The notes beneath the pieces are model-generated. The model did no database searches and was not told the DNA's origin. It saw only the letters and a program-made list of their open reading frames with translations. The translations under genes were made by a program, and so were the position numbers. Positions 60,833 to 64,000 of a stretch of 64,000 nt of DNA are shown in pieces. Position 1 is the first letter of the stretch. Each line of letters begins with the position of its first letter. The DNA lies in assembly GCA_964016885.1 (NCBI GenBank), contig OZ024749.1:47988001-48052000 (forward strand), read 5' to 3'. The stretch comes from Eledone cirrhosa (taxonomy: Eukaryota).

Positions 60833-61826
60833 AGTTTCGTGTAATTTCATTTAATATTTCTATCTTCATTTTTCAGACATTATAAAAAGAAATCAATGTA
60901 ATAGAATTATCTGTTGTTCTCTCAAATTCGTATTTCTTATCCAGTTATCATGATATTCTTTTCAAAAGAATTATTGATTCAAGAATTATTCATATTTTTC
61001 AATGTTATAATGATATATTCTTTTGTGGAATTTTAATAATTTTGTTGGTTCGCTTGTCTTTATTATTTTATTGGGAGTTGATATTAGGTTTTCAACTCCG
61101 GAGAAAAATTCTTGATACAATAAAATATCGCAGCGTCATTTCATTCCATTTTAATGATCATGGTTCTCATTTTTACTTGAAATATTTTAGATGCATTTTT
61201 TTGTTGGACGACCATTTTAGCCAAAGGATTAATAAGATCATGACGTAGAATATGTTTTTTCTCGAAGAAATAAATCTGTTTCCTACGTGATTTTCAACGC
61301 AGTGGCAATAGTTATGTAATCCAATCACAGATAACTGCTTTTTATATTTTTTTAAAAAAATAGGGATTTTGATTCTATCAAAGAAAAACACTCAATCATT
61401 TAAGCAAAAAAAAAAAAAGTAAAGTAGGAAAGAAAATTAAAAACACACTAAGTCCAAATAATATGTTCAGTAATTTTTTTTATGTTTGGTTGTTTCAGCA
61501 TCGATGTCAGTTTGGCTTTACATATTATAAAACCATTAGTGGCGGTTAGTTTTTATGTCACTCATGCCTTATAAAAATTCAGCGGAGTACGATTTCAAAT
61601 GCGTACTGTTGTTGTGTCTCTATTAAAATCAACGCAGCTAGAATGGATATTTGGAGACAATTATATCTGGTCTGGCATTGAAATACATTATAACCGAAAG
61701 AGTGATACAAATCATAAATAAAATTTCATTCAGATACATAGTTGATTGATATTTCTACAACGTAAATTAACACCTATATCAATAGCTTCCCCCAAATACG
61801 TATATAGATACATAAATGCACACGTA

Positions 61827-61874
<48 letters not shown>

Positions 61875-61940
61875 AGTGTGTGTGTGTATATATGTATGAA
61901 TATATATATATGTGTGCGTGTGTGTGTGTATATATATGTA

Positions 61941-62041
<101 letters not shown>

Positions 62042-62798
62042 ACGATCATAAATAATTTGATATTCTTATAATGTTAATTTGTTAATTTTTTAAATTCAAA
62101 GATGTGAAAAAAAAAATAGAGGCTAATTCTTATTAATTACATTTTTTTGTATCTGGTAAGTTTAACCTGAAAGCTAAATTAATGAATGAACTTTGGGCGT
62201 TACATATAAACTAATAATTTCAGCAGTTTGAGTGAAAGAATAATTCGATATATATATATTGCAATGTTGCTCCGAAGAATTAGCATCAATTTTTGTTCCT
62301 ATAATTCATGTTATAAAATTATCTGTAATATGTAATTTCAACTTTTGTATAGTGATAAATTATACTGAAAATGTAATAATTGAGTTTGATTTCGAAAAAA
62401 TTATATTCTTTCAAAATGGAAATCATATGCGTTTTCAATTATTATAAGTGCTTGCTATCATTACATCGGTTCCTCATTATATATATATATATATATATAT
62501 AAGTATTAGTTATTTTATCTAATTCCAATATATTTCTTTTTTATATTTCTCTTGCCAAGACCTACATTTTGAAAATATGTTAATCCTTATTTTTTTTATT
62601 GTTCGTGTAATATTTCTCCAAGTTTACATTCTACGCGATTAGCCTCGTTTAGTTTTTTGTTTCTTCGCTTTCGTATTTTATAAGGCATTGTATAATATCC
62701 ATCAAATTTCGTTTAAACCTTCTTTTCGTTTTTTTTGTGAGAAATAAAATCATTATCCATCCAGCGTCATTATTGTTTATTGACATCATCGTCTCCAT

Positions 62799-62854
<56 letters not shown>

Positions 62855-63325
62855 ACACTTCCACCGACATTATCTTTCATCAATGTCAGACCCTTCCACC
62901 TTCATGCCAACATCCTTATCATCATCATCGCTATAATTATTATTATCACCATCTATATTATCCTCATCGTCGTCGTCGTCATTTTATTCATCACCATCAA
63001 GGTTTCTCTTATTAATATTTTGTTATTGTTATTAATCATTAATCACCATCATCATCAACATCATCATCAACTTTACATCTGTGTCATTTCATTTTATTTT
63101 TTTGTCGTCGGGAAATGTATCCACCACGCTGATTTCATATAAGAAACCATGTCTTCAGTCCGAATGACATATGTTGTGTTTCAGGAATACATTAACCGCC
63201 CAAATACATTTTTGTAACCTATTCACACTTATAAATGGTTAGAATTGTCTTGTGAAATAATTGGTAAATCTTTCTCGAGTGTTTAATAATTTTTTTGTAA
63301 TATCTTTCTTTAAACAATACTGCAC

Positions 63326-64000
63326 TCACACTATCGTAATAGCGTTGTTCGCTTGGTCAATACCCGATGATCGATGTGATTTCTTGCTCGATTCCATAGA
63401 ATCTTTTGATTTTATAGCATTAGGTATGACCTTTCGAGATGGAGAACTTCCTTTCGTAGGATGGTCAAGTGTGGAAGTTGGAGTATTGGATGCCCTGTGC
63501 AAAGGTGATGAAGACGTTGTTGGCAATGCGCTATATGAATACGCTTGCGAAGCGGGTATTTTGCTAGGATTTTGTTTACTAGAATTATTTGATGGGTTAT
63601 TATGTTGAGCCTGCCTAGTAGGTGATGATTGCGTCGGGGGTGTTGACATTAAACTAACAGTTTCAGGGCCTCCTATACTACTTCCACCCATTCCTCCACC
63701 CATACTTCCGACTCCAGACACACCACCAATTTTGTTCGACTCCTTCTCAATCTTCCTTGATAATTTTATTTCATCCATATCATCTTTTTCTCGTCTCGAT
63801 TTTTTCATACGTTCTCGCTGATAATATACACCAGCAAATATAAGTATGTTGAGGAAGAGTAATGAGCAGCCGACAGCCACAGTGATGCTGAGTGGAACGA
63901 TGCTTTCTCCTTCTTTACTAGCCGATGCAATATCCCTTTGTGAGTTCGTACCCGACGTAGTTCGCCGATCGTCCATAGCATAATCTGGGGTTGTCCCAGT
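63326..64000 (-). CDS. NLGN: Neuroligin-like protein, terminal coding exon (stalk, transmembrane helix, cytoplasmic tail); continues beyond the window
   Basis: Frame is open from the window end (TGTTPDYAMDD...) to TGA at 63326-63328. TM segment PLSITVAVGCSLLFLNILIFAGVYYQRER matches the characteristic neuroligin TM (LSVTIAVGxSLLFLNxLxFAxxYY). Low-complexity S/P/T tail ends in a class I PDZ-type motif (-T-I-V). Confidence 0.85.
   Translation of the reverse strand, partial: TGTTPDYAMDDRRTTSGTNSQRDIASASKEGESIVPLSITVAVGCSLLFLNILIFAGVYYQRERMKKSRREKDDMDEIKLSRKIEKESNKIGGVSGVGSMGGGMGGSSIGGPETVSLMSTPPTQSSPTRQAQHNNPSNNSSKQNPSKIPASQAYSYSALPTTSSSPLHRASNTPTSTLDHPTKGSSPSRKVIPNAIKSKDSMESSKKSHRSSGIDQANNAITIV

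Noticed and set aside
63261-63608. 115-aa plus-strand ORF
   Set aside because: Antisense shadow of the neuroligin exon.

Overview
AT-rich, microsatellite-saturated eukaryotic DNA. The repeat content (one very abundant tRNA-derived SINE, very long (TA)n/(CA)n tracts) looks like a coleoid cephalopod, probably Octopus; this is an inference. Almost all listed ORFs are microsatellite artefacts. The only host-gene segment I recognise is the last coding exon of a neuroligin-like gene (minus strand, 63326 to the window end). The rest is transposon-derived: two Penelope-like retroelements (PLEs; RT plus GIY-YIG) with inverted pseudo-LTRs, fragments of RTE and L1/Tx1 LINEs, a Tc1 deletion derivative, a piggyBac-type MITE and about 20 SINE copies. 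The main observation is a set of at least five unrelated families of small non-coding islands sitting in (TA)n tracts. Each carries a minimal type-I hammerhead ribozyme (HHR) fold, some with canonical cores and some with recurrent variant cores (CAGAAGA; UUGAAAA with a U3-A8 swap). Most are arranged as fold-back palindromes whose apex lies at or just 5' of the ribozyme, and they share a downstream ATTGAG(T/C)(A/T)C-like motif. All ribozyme folds were assigned by eye and none has been tested.
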